A DNA stretch of 40,841 nucleotides from Bacteroidota bacterium. Its GTDB lineage: Bacteria; Bacteroidota; Bacteroidia; Bacteroidales; F082. Location: contig QMPO01000001.1 of assembly GCA_003648625.1 (NCBI GenBank), forward strand, positions 1 to 40,841, read 5' to 3'. Position numbers and translations under genes: made by a program. Below the pieces are notes generated by a model, which worked only from the letters and a program-made list of their open reading frames with translations, searched no databases and was not told where the DNA came from. Below, piece by piece: positions 1 to 7,841 of this stretch (position 1 is the first letter of the stretch; each line of letters begins with the position of its first letter).

Positions 1-19
1 AAAAGAGGCTGTCTCAAAA
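1..19. repeat. Left terminal inverted repeat of the IS
   Basis: AAAAGAGGCTGTCTCAAAA is the exact reverse complement of 1795-1813. Confidence 0.7.
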
Positions 20-138
20 CAAATTGAGACAGCCCTTTTTTTTTCGAAGATTTTAGATTAGAAATAAGTTTCCGTTTTTTCTTTACCATTTGATTGTATT
101 TGGGTGATTTGAAAAGAAAAAAGGGCTATTAAGCTCTT

Positions 139-1677
139 CTAGTTAACCATTTTCCGGATATTATGTGCTAAAGCGAGCAGGCCGGCCTCAATTTCCACCT
201 TATCTAAACCCCTGAGCATAAATCTCCTGAAGTTGTGATTATTCTTGATAATACCGAATACAGCTTCCACATCAACAGGCCGTTGACTTCGATATTTTTT
301 ACCTTGCTCGCTATTGAGTTTTTGTCGGATGACGGATTTGTACCGCATCAATTTGGGGCTAACTTCTATAGTGCGATTTCCCTTACCAGCATGACATACC
401 CCGCGCATTGGACATCCAGTGCAGTTTTGTGCCTGATAATGGTGTTTTTGTTGCTTATAACCAGTCGTTGTGGTTCTTGTTGATGCTTTTACAAAAGTCA
501 TGGCCTGCCCCATGGGGCAATAAAAGCAATCGAGATGCTCATTATAATGCAGGTTTTCTGCTCGGGCAGGGTCTTCTCTCCATTTTTTAGTCTGTTCTTT
601 ATGAAAGTAGTTGTACTTTACAAAGGCTTCAACCCCATTGCTTTCAAGATATTCATAATTTTCTTCTGACCCGTATCCGGCGTCAGCAACAAGTATTTCG
701 GGCATCTGTCCCAGAGTCTCTTCAAGTGATTCCATGTGTGGCTGAAGAGTGGTGGTGTCAGTAGTGGTTTGATGTATGGTGTAACCCAGGATGAACTGCT
801 CTTGTGTGGAGATTTGCCAGTTATAAGCAGGCTTTAGTTGACCATTCAGCATATGATCTTCTTTCATGCGCATAAACGTAGCGTCAGGATCCGTTTTGGA
901 GATGCTATTACGATCACCCATTTGCTTTTCCTGCTCATCATATTTATCAAGGTTCTTTGGCCAGTTTCTTCGAGCATAATTTAACTTCTGCTTTTTCTTT
1001 TTATCAACCTCCTTCCCTGATAAGGCTTTATCAATATTATCAATCGTTTGTCTGACTTTCTCAGCATCAATATGCTCGAAGTCTTCGGGCTCATTATTTT
1101 TCAACTCTTCCCTGGCAATACTTTCAGCATAAGCCCACAACTCTTTAAGCTGACGTTTGATCTTTTCACGATGGGTTTTAATACTTCGACCCCAAACAAA
1201 AGTATAACGATTAGCATTGGCCTCGATCTTGGTCCCATCCAGGTAAGCTGCTTCTTTTAAAGATACATGACCTGCTTCAACTAATAATAAAACAACCTGA
1301 CTGAACACTTGCTTTAAGACTCCCTTTAAACGCTCACTCCTGAAGCGATTGATTGTATTGTGGTCAGGATAGCTCATGCCGCTGAGCCACATAAAGTGAA
1401 TGTTCTGATGAAGGGCATCTTCTATCTTGCGACTCGAGTACTGATTGGTCAGGTATCCATAAATTAGTACCTTTAACATCAAACGAGGATGATAACTTGA
1501 AGTGCCACCACCTTTAAACTTCTTGATCAAAGGATCAATATCAATATGATCTATTACCTGGTTGACTACGCGAACAGAATGATTTTCATCGATTAACTCG
1601 TCCAGCGAAGGAGGTAAAAGCATATTTTGCTTGGGATTGTAGTCTTTAAATACTACTTTTGATTTATTAGATTGCAT
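139..1677 (-). CDS. IS1182-family (IS5/IS4-like DDE) transposase
   Basis: The N-terminus (YNPKQNMLLPPSLDELIDENHSVRVV...GGTSSYHPRLMLKVLIYGY...SSRKIE) is typical of IS1182 transposases. A DDE region follows (ADAGYGSEENY) and then a Cys-rich C-terminal part. ATG at 1677. The ORF is intact. Confidence 0.85.
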   Translation of the reverse strand: MQSNKSKVVFKDYNPKQNMLLPPSLDELIDENHSVRVVNQVIDHIDIDPLIKKFKGGGTSSYHPRLMLKVLIYGYLTNQYSSRKIEDALHQNIHFMWLSGMSYPDHNTINRFRSERLKGVLKQVFSQVVLLLVEAGHVSLKEAAYLDGTKIEANANRYTFVWGRSIKTHREKIKRQLKELWAYAESIAREELKNNEPEDFEHIDAEKVRQTIDNIDKALSGKEVDKKKKQKLNYARRNWPKNLDKYDEQEKQMGDRNSISKTDPDATFMRMKEDHMLNGQLKPAYNWQISTQEQFILGYTIHQTTTDTTTLQPHMESLEETLGQMPEILVADAGYGSEENYEYLESNGVEAFVKYNYFHKEQTKKWREDPARAENLHYNEHLDCFYCPMGQAMTFVKASTRTTTTGYKQQKHHYQAQNCTGCPMRGVCHAGKGNRTIEVSPKLMRYKSVIRQKLNSEQGKKYRSQRPVDVEAVFGIIKNNHNFRRFMLRGLDKVEIEAGLLALAHNIRKMVN

Positions 1678-1706
1678 ACCTCAAGTTACTAAACTTGATG
1701 GCTTTG

Positions 1707-1733
1707 GAGGGGGAGGCATCCCCCTCTTTTTTT
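1707..1733 (+). terminator. Terminator-like GC hairpin plus T-run inside the IS, upstream of and antisense to the transposase start
   Basis: GAGGGGGA (1707-1714), loop GGCA, TCCCCCTC (1719-1726), then TTTTTTT (1727-1733). The 8-bp stem is perfect. Confidence 0.5.
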
Positions 1734-1794
1734 AACAATCTTATTAACAAATCCCCCGATAAATAAGAAAATTAGAGATGTAAAAAGGCTGCCC

Positions 1795-1813
1795 TTTTGA
1801 GACAGCCTCTTTT
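1795..1813. repeat. Right terminal inverted repeat of the IS
   Basis: TTTTGAGACAGCCTCTTTT is the exact reverse complement of 1-19. Confidence 0.7.
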
Positions 1814-1832
1814 ATTTCAATTACTCTCCCTC

Positions 1833-2879
1833 CTACTTAAATACCGTAATGCTGCTGAATAAGGTTTGCCAGGCAAATGTTTGCGCAAGGTAAGCAACCG
1901 GAGAATTCAACCGGATTCCTTTGTCAGGTCCTTTTACAATAACTCCGAACATGTCGTATTCATTCCCTATATCGTCTTTCATCACTACCGGTAATGAGTT
2001 CTGAACTGCATAATACTTAGTTGCTTTGAGTCTGGAATCTTTTATAAAAGCAAGAAATAAGTGTTCCTCAAAATTACCAGCCACAACCAGGTTCATATTT
2101 CCGAATCTGGTTTCTATCACACGTGTCGAACCGGCAAACAAGGTCAATTCAAACAATAATAAGTTTTCATCCTTTAACACACCGAAGTATCTGGCTTCAG
2201 GCGGCAGTATCGTAGTTTCATCTCCGTTACCCGGGTCACCGAATTCACGTCCGCCTCCTGTTCCGCAGCTTCCTTCCGTGCATAATTCGTGATCTAAAAC
2301 AAGTGCATCGGGATAGGCATTTTTTATCAGAGCAAATGTCGTTTCCACTAACAAGCCCGTTTCAGGTTGAATACCAATAAACGATCCATTGATACATAAA
2401 TTTTTCATTTGCGACCAATGGCTTATTGTGTTTCTGTCATAAGGTATCAGATTTTCTTTGTATAACATTCCCGATACACCAAATTCCGTTATTTTTCCAT
2501 TAATCATACGGTTCCATGCCAACGTGCTTTCGGTACGCGGACAAAAACTTACCGAATAATAATAGGTTCCGATTTTATCATTCACAATTTCGTGCATGCC
2601 CATAACCGACTGTGGATAAACTTTTGTAACACCTTCGTAATGAAAAGCATAAACCAGCGCGTTATCATCCAGCCCGACATCACGAACAGGCACAAATATG
2701 GGCGTATCAATCGATTTGATCTTGTCCTTTTCAGCACCGAAATGTATGATATCGTCTGTATTTACAAGCCATACATCCTGACCCGTGGTCCTGTTATCAA
2801 CAGCTGCGTTTTTTTTTGCACATCCGATTGCCATGAGTAACACGATGCTGAGTATGTATATGAGTTTTATAGTTTTCAT
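1833..2879 (-). CDS. DUF3179 domain-containing lipoprotein
   Basis: Lipoprotein signal (LLMAIGC). The core SFCPRTESTLAWNR...FGVSGMLYKENLIPYDRNTISHWSQM matches the conserved DUF3179 pattern. The track start at 2882 is a TTG; the ATG lies at 2879. Confidence 0.7.
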   Translation of the reverse strand: MKTIKLIYILSIVLLMAIGCAKKNAAVDNRTTGQDVWLVNTDDIIHFGAEKDKIKSIDTPIFVPVRDVGLDDNALVYAFHYEGVTKVYPQSVMGMHEIVNDKIGTYYYSVSFCPRTESTLAWNRMINGKITEFGVSGMLYKENLIPYDRNTISHWSQMKNLCINGSFIGIQPETGLLVETTFALIKNAYPDALVLDHELCTEGSCGTGGGREFGDPGNGDETTILPPEARYFGVLKDENLLLFELTLFAGSTRVIETRFGNMNLVVAGNFEEHLFLAFIKDSRLKATKYYAVQNSLPVVMKDDIGNEYDMFGVIVKGPDKGIRLNSPVAYLAQTFAWQTLFSSITVFK

Positions 2880-2880
2880 C

Positions 2881-3512
2881 AATAAAACTGTCGGGCAAAA
2901 AACGCAATCCTTACAAAGACCGGTCGAATTTGCTGCCGGTTCACTCCTCGGTTGTTGTCTGCATCAAACGCAAAGGATTGGGATAAAAAAGTAGGGAGTA
3001 TAATTTGTTGGTGAAGACACCAACAATGGGGGGCAAAGACCGGTCGAATTTGCTGGCGGTTCACTCCTCAGTTGTTGTCTGCATCAAACGCAAAGGATTG
3101 GGATAAAAAAGTAGGGAGTATAATTTGTTGGTAAAGACACCAACAATGGGGGGCAAAGACCGGTCGAATTTGCTGCCGGTTCACTCCTCGGTTGTTGTCT
3201 GCATCAACCGCAAAGGATTGGGAGAAAAAAGTAGTGAGTAATATTTGTTGGTGAAGACACCAACAATGGGGGGCAAAGACCGGTCGAATTTGCTGGCGGT
3301 TCACTCCTCAGTTATTGTCTGCATCAAACACTAGGAGTGAGATAAAAAAATAGTGGGTACAATTTGTTGGTGAAGACACCAACAATGGGGTGGCAGAAGA
3401 TAAAACTGTCGGGTAAAAAATGTGTTCTTTACAAAAGGCTAGCTGAATTCGCTGACAAGGAATGAGATAAAGCAGTGAGTATAATTTGTTGGTGAAGACA
3501 CCAACAACGAAG
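2881..3512. repeat. Tandem array of a ~120-bp unit filling the whole intergenic spacer: four near-identical copies plus one degenerate copy, each with a conserved hairpin
   Basis: Unit starts (CAAAGACCGGTCG...) lie at 2914, 3034, 3154 and 3274, a 120-bp period. Copies differ by 3-5 substitutions. A fifth, diverged and shortened copy spans about 3394-3512. The hairpin TTGTTGGTG-AAGA-CACCAACAA occurs at 3005-3026, 3125-3146, 3245-3266, 3364-3385 and 3486-3507. Confidence 0.9.
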
Positions 3513-3530
3513 GTGAAAGAAATAAAATTG

Positions 3531-4757
3531 TTACATGGACTGAAGTAAGGGGAGGTAGTGACTGACGACAGAATCAAAAGCAGCACGGTAATTCTCTTCA
3601 ACCGGTTTTGACGGAGGAGACTCAACTTTTAGCGGATTTATAGCCCGTCCGTTTCTGTAAAACCTGAAATCAAGATGTGGCCCGGTTGCCAACCCGGTAC
3701 TTCCCACAAAGCCGATCAGGTCGCCCTGATTTACATGCTGCCCTACCTTAATCCCTTTGGCAAATCCTTTCAGGTGCATATAAGTAGTTGAATAGGTACC
3801 GTTATGCTTGATTTTTATATAGTTTCCGCCCCCGTTTTTCTGATAGCCTTTTTTAACAACAACCCCATCACCGACTGTATGAACAGGTGTTCCTGCCGGC
3901 GCTGCGTAATCAACTCCATGGTGGGGCCTCCTGATCTTCAAAACCGGGTGCATACGACTGTTAGAGAATCCTGAACTGATACGCGAGTACCGTAATGGTG
4001 CTTTTAAGAATGTTCGTTGCAAGCTGTTTCCTGCTGTATCAAAATAATCTCCTTTTCCGTTTTGCTCAAAATAAAACGCATACAGATCCTTGCTTCCATG
4101 ATTAAAGCTGGCGGCCATTACTCTGCCAAGTCCCGTATAGTTATCGTCCACATAAAAAGTTTCGTAGATGGCTTTGTAACTGTCGCCTTTCTGAAGGCCG
4201 AAGAAGTCAATGGTCCAGGCATATATTTCCGATAATTCGTTCGCCAGGTTAGGATCCGCCTTATTTTCGACCAGGGCATTCCACAAAGATGACTGAATAT
4301 TACCTTTCGTAGTTGCTATCCTGGTTACAATTTCCTTCTCACCACGTACGGCATAAACGCTATCAACAAGGTGATACAAAACATAGGATGAAGGCGTTAT
4401 ATCGTACACAAAATACAGTGCCCGGGGAACTGAATCGGTCGTGTAAAAGATATGATAGGTGTTCCCGTATTTGATATGTCTGACATCAAATGTATCTTTT
4501 GTGTTCCGTGCAATATAATCGATAACGGAATAATCAACACCATTTCGCAACAGGATATCAGCAAGAAATTCATTACGTTTTACTTTATCCTGCCTGATCT
4601 CAAGCGTATCCACATTAATGCCATACACCAGTTCGGGCATATAATATGCAACTTTCGCTTCGAGTTGTTCCTTATTATTCCGGCTATTGCAGGAGCTAAA
4701 AAACAAAACAACTGCTACCAGATATATTCCTGCTACACTTATTTTCTGCATACTCAT
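3531..4757 (-). CDS. M23 family metallopeptidase lipoprotein
   Basis: HHGVDYAAPAGTPV...GNYIKIKHNGTYSTTYMHL...GFVGSTGLATGPHLDFRF are the M23 (LytM-type) zinc and catalytic motifs. Lipoprotein signal FFSSC. The track start at 4775 is a TTG lying inside a -7 promoter box; the ATG is at 4757 (alternative at 4751). Confidence 0.85.
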   Translation of the reverse strand: MSMQKISVAGIYLVAVVLFFSSCNSRNNKEQLEAKVAYYMPELVYGINVDTLEIRQDKVKRNEFLADILLRNGVDYSVIDYIARNTKDTFDVRHIKYGNTYHIFYTTDSVPRALYFVYDITPSSYVLYHLVDSVYAVRGEKEIVTRIATTKGNIQSSLWNALVENKADPNLANELSEIYAWTIDFFGLQKGDSYKAIYETFYVDDNYTGLGRVMAASFNHGSKDLYAFYFEQNGKGDYFDTAGNSLQRTFLKAPLRYSRISSGFSNSRMHPVLKIRRPHHGVDYAAPAGTPVHTVGDGVVVKKGYQKNGGGNYIKIKHNGTYSTTYMHLKGFAKGIKVGQHVNQGDLIGFVGSTGLATGPHLDFRFYRNGRAINPLKVESPPSKPVEENYRAAFDSVVSHYLPLLQSM

Positions 4758-4772
4758 GATAAAATCCGGGGG

Positions 4773-4780
4773 CAAAGATA
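4773..4780 (-). promoter_or_regulatory. Bacteroidota -7 promoter box (TATCTTTG) for the M23 peptidase gene
   Basis: The reverse complement of CAAAGATA matches TAnnTTTG exactly. It lies 16 nt upstream of the ATG at 4757. Confidence 0.45.
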
Positions 4781-4844
4781 CGTTTAAATAGCTGTGATAA
4801 CCCTTGAAAAGAGAAGGTCCTGATCAATATTTTATAATCGGTAG

Positions 4845-5429
4845 TTACGTTCTTTTTTCGGCATATTGGCGGCCTGCCCTGAGTGCTTTCAGATTAAGTT
4901 TAACGATGTCTTCTCCTTTTTTCGAAAAAACACTCTTAATAGCATCTGTAAATGACTCATACTGAATGCCCATGTAAGGTGATGCAGCTCCCAGAACCAC
5001 AATGTTTGCCGCTTTTACCGATCCTTGCTCTTTTGCAATTTTGTCGGCATCAAGGGTCACATAATGCGGCAGTTTCCATATTTCGTTCAATACCTCTTCC
5101 AGATCCGGGTAATCGGAAATATTATTGAAAGGGTTCATACTGGTAACCAGCCAGCCACTTTCTTTATCCAGCATATTCACATACCTCAATGATTCCATCG
5201 GCTCCACGGAAATGATCATATCTGCTTTCCCTTCGGGAATCAGGTCGGAAGCAATATTTTTTGAAGAGATTCTTAAATGCGATTGTACGTCTCCGCCTCT
5301 CTGGCTCATGCCATGCACCTCAGACTGTTTTAGTTGAAGCCCTTCGGAAAGAGCTGCCGTACCAATAATTGTGGCAATGGTTAATATACCCTGGCCACCA
5401 ACACCGGCCAATATAATATCTTTCTTCAT
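4845..5429 (-). CDS. iorB: Indolepyruvate:ferredoxin oxidoreductase subunit beta
   Basis: MKKDIILAGVGGQGILT...HGMSQRGG is the 2-oxoacid:ferredoxin oxidoreductase gamma/IorB signature. The gene lies directly downstream of iorA. The start was moved to the ATG at 5429, because the longer track ORF overlaps iorA by 73 nt. Confidence 0.8.
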   Translation of the reverse strand: MKKDIILAGVGGQGILTIATIIGTAALSEGLQLKQSEVHGMSQRGGDVQSHLRISSKNIASDLIPEGKADMIISVEPMESLRYVNMLDKESGWLVTSMNPFNNISDYPDLEEVLNEIWKLPHYVTLDADKIAKEQGSVKAANIVVLGAASPYMGIQYESFTDAIKSVFSKKGEDIVKLNLKALRAGRQYAEKRT

Positions 5430-5470
5430 GTTTTTATCATTCTTTTCATAAACCAAATAATCTGCAATTT

Positions 5471-7096
5471 TTACGCTTTTGCGGCTGCTTTCTTTTTCTC
5501 CATCGCTTTTAGCTTCATTCTTCTGGCCAGTGTCTGAACACATTCGCGTCGTGCAATAACTACTGAAACTCCCTCATATTCTAACTCCTCTTTGATCACC
5601 TGAACATTCTCTTCGTGCAGCCTTCTTAACGGTTTTATTATCCTGATATGATCTTCTTCCACACCTACACCACGGCAAATATCTTCCACTTTGCCATAAG
5701 CTGCCGAATCTTGTCCGCCAGTCATTCCGGTCGTTGCATTATCATTGATCAATACAGTAATAGGAGCCTTGCGATTAACTGCATCCAGCAAACCTGTTAT
5801 TCCCGAATGGGTAAAAGTTGAGTCGCCAATAGCTGCGACAGCAGGTACCAGACCCGCTTCGGCAGCACCAATAGCCATAGTGATGGATGCACCCATGTCG
5901 ACACAACTGTTAATAGCTTGCAGCGGAGGCAAAGCACTCAATGTGTAACAACCGATATCGGAAAGCACACGCCCTCCGGAATATGGTTTTAACGCTTCAT
6001 TTAATGCAGCGAACGAATCCCAGTGTCCGCAACCGTCACAAAGCTTGGGAGGCCTGCCTTTTACTATCTCTGCCGGGTCAAATCCTTCGGCAATACCTAT
6101 TCCCAATGCTTTGGCTACAATGTTGGGGTTCAGTTCTCCGGCACGCGGGACACTCCCTTCCATTCTCCCTCTTATTTTTTTACCGAGATTTAAATAACCC
6201 CTTAAAAGTTCTTCAAGTATCGGATAACCTTCTTCCAAAACAAGCAGTTCATCCACACTCTCGTATAACTTCTGCAGCATCTTTTTGGGTACCGGGTACT
6301 GGCCTACTTTTAATACCGGGAAAGGCACTTTTCCGTCTTCATAATTTTCTATTAAATAATTGTATGCAATTCCGCAGGAAATGATTCCCAATGTTTTATC
6401 ACTCCCGTCAATATATTCGTTGAAACCTGACGTTGCGGCATCTTCTTCCAGTGCATCCTGTTTTGCTAACAGCGTATTGTATTGTTTCCGGGCAATAGAT
6501 GGAAGCAGCACAAACTGGCGCAGATCGGAAGGCAGTTTTAATTCGTTTTCAGTGGCAGATTCCGTGCGGAGCACTCCAGACCTTGAATGTGCCAGACGTG
6601 TAGTGATCCGGAGTAATACGGGAACTCCGTATTTTTCCGATAATACAAATCCATACCTCGTCATATCATAGGCTTCCTGCTGATTCGAGGGTTCAAGTAT
6701 TGGTACAAAAGCAAATTTGCCATAGAACCTTGAGTCTTGCTCATTTTGTGACGAGTGCATAGACGGGTCATCGGCAGCTAGAACAACCAGCCCGCCATTA
6801 GCACCGGTAATGGCAGAATTAATAAACGCATCAGCTGCTACATTAAGGCCGACATGCTTCATACATACCAATGATTTTTTCCCGGCATACGACATACCAA
6901 TGGCCGTTTCCATAGCCGTTTTTTCATTGGATGACCACATCGATTTAACGCCTCTTTGTTTCGCTTCGGCAGACGCCTGAATGTATTCTGTGATTTCTGT
7001 TGATGGTGTTCCCGGATAAGCATAAACTCCTGATATACCGGCATCAATAGCGCCCTGAGCAATAGCTTCGTCACCCAATAACAACAATTTCTTCAT
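5471..7096 (-). CDS. iorA: Indolepyruvate:ferredoxin oxidoreductase subunit alpha (TPP-binding)
   Basis: The N-terminus LLLGDEAIAQGAIDAGISGVYAYPGTPSTEI and the C-terminal TPP motif GDSTFTHSGITGL...NDN are present. The gene is paired with iorB. Confidence 0.8.
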   Translation of the reverse strand: MKKLLLLGDEAIAQGAIDAGISGVYAYPGTPSTEITEYIQASAEAKQRGVKSMWSSNEKTAMETAIGMSYAGKKSLVCMKHVGLNVAADAFINSAITGANGGLVVLAADDPSMHSSQNEQDSRFYGKFAFVPILEPSNQQEAYDMTRYGFVLSEKYGVPVLLRITTRLAHSRSGVLRTESATENELKLPSDLRQFVLLPSIARKQYNTLLAKQDALEEDAATSGFNEYIDGSDKTLGIISCGIAYNYLIENYEDGKVPFPVLKVGQYPVPKKMLQKLYESVDELLVLEEGYPILEELLRGYLNLGKKIRGRMEGSVPRAGELNPNIVAKALGIGIAEGFDPAEIVKGRPPKLCDGCGHWDSFAALNEALKPYSGGRVLSDIGCYTLSALPPLQAINSCVDMGASITMAIGAAEAGLVPAVAAIGDSTFTHSGITGLLDAVNRKAPITVLINDNATTGMTGGQDSAAYGKVEDICRGVGVEEDHIRIIKPLRRLHEENVQVIKEELEYEGVSVVIARRECVQTLARRMKLKAMEKKKAAAKA

Positions 7097-7138
7097 CCGT
7101 TTATATTATTTATGAATTATTCGTTTTATAAAACGTTA

Positions 7139-7146
7139 CAAAATTA
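7139..7146 (-). promoter_or_regulatory. Candidate -7 box (TAATTTTG) for iorAB
   Basis: Exact TAnnTTTG match on the minus strand, 43 nt upstream of the iorA ATG. Confidence 0.35.
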
Positions 7147-7208
7147 CCAAAATTCACTACTCCCGATCAGCAAATTTTGAATCTATAATGAATATAAATT
7201 GATTTGGT

Positions 7209-7216
7209 TAATTTTG
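7209..7216 (+). promoter_or_regulatory. Candidate -7 box (TAATTTTG) for acpH
   Basis: Exact TAnnTTTG match, 17 nt upstream of the ATG at 7233. Confidence 0.35.
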
Positions 7217-7232
7217 CCGCTCAATAAAGGTT

Positions 7233-7841
7233 ATGAATTTACTGGCACACGCACACCTTTCCGGAAACGATCATAATATTCTTCTGGGCAATTTTATTGC
7301 TGATGCTGTGAAGGGTAATAAAATACTCGATTATAAAAAAGAGATCCAATCCGGTATACTTCTGCACCGTAAAATTGACACATTTACCGACAACCATCCG
7401 GTTGTTAAACAAAGTATCGAAAGGGTACGACCTGATTTTGGCAGGTTTGCAGGCATTGTTGTGGACATATATTACGATCATTTTCTGGCCCGCAACTGGC
7501 ATGTTTATGATGAACGGGAACTGTCGGTTTTTGCAGCACATGTATATGGTATTCTGGCGCGAAACCTGTTTATCCTTCCCCATCGTACCAAAAGACTTTT
7601 ACCTTTCCTGATAGCCCAGAACTGGCTTACAGCCTATGCCAGTTTCAGGGGATTGCAACAGGTTTTTTACGGAATGGACCGCAGAACCAAAAGGATTTCA
7701 GGTATGGACAAAGCTATCGAAGTGTTAAAAATTAATTATGATGAGCTGTTCAACGACTTCACGAACTTTTATCCTGAACTGATTGACTATTCAAAAAGTG
7801 AACGTGAAAAAATAATCCGGGATATTAATAATACAGAGTGA
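7233..7841 (+). CDS. acpH: Acyl carrier protein phosphodiesterase
   Basis: MNLLAHAHLSG...LGNFIADAVKG...HRKIDTFTDNHP...YDHFLA is collinear with the AcpH (DUF479) family. Confidence 0.8.
   Translation: MNLLAHAHLSGNDHNILLGNFIADAVKGNKILDYKKEIQSGILLHRKIDTFTDNHPVVKQSIERVRPDFGRFAGIVVDIYYDHFLARNWHVYDERELSVFAAHVYGILARNLFILPHRTKRLLPFLIAQNWLTAYASFRGLQQVFYGMDRRTKRISGMDKAIEVLKINYDELFNDFTNFYPELIDYSKSEREKIIRDINNTE

Larger units (their letters stand above)
1..1813 (-). mobile_element. IS1182-family insertion sequence (about 1.8 kb). The left boundary coincides with the window edge.
   Basis: A single 512-aa DDE transposase ORF is flanked by a perfect 19-bp inverted repeat, AAAAGAGGCTGTCTCAAAA at 1-19 and its reverse complement at 1795-1813. 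The length fits the IS1182 family. The target-site duplication cannot be assessed because the left flank lies outside the window. Confidence 0.75.

Noticed and set aside
3028-3033. G6 tracts in each repeat unit as slipped-strand phase-variation switches
   Set aside because: Six G is short for efficient slippage, and all full copies carry the same tract length, so there is no evidence of variation in this sequence. It is noted only as a detail of the repeat.
2881-3512. CRISPR array or diversity-generating retroelement (TR/VR) as an explanation for the repeats
   Set aside because: The units abut each other with no unique spacers, and there are no cas genes, so it is not CRISPR. No reverse transcriptase is nearby and the substitutions between copies are not adenine-specific, so it is not a DGR.
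2879-3625. Minus-strand ORFs 2879..3064, 3068..3304 and 3308..3625, which encode repetitive peptides (MNRQQIRPVFAPHCWCLHQQI...)
   Set aside because: They lie entirely within the 120-bp tandem repeat. Since 120 is a multiple of 3, any frame free of stops in one unit stays open across units. The frame is broken by TGA in every second unit, the third ORF overlaps the 3' end of the M23 gene, and the sequence has no signal peptide or recognisable domain. I treat them as repeat artefacts, not genes.
5430-5543. A 38-aa N-terminal extension of iorB (track ORF 4845..5543)
   Set aside because: The extension overlaps the 3' end of iorA by 73 nt and is low-complexity. The conserved IorB N-terminus MKKDIILAGVGGQG begins at the ATG at 5429.
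7128-7140. TATAAAACGTTAC near the iorA promoter as a LacI/CcpA-type site
   Set aside because: Only the AACGTT core is palindromic. The half-sites do not match each other or the CAAACGTTTG box.
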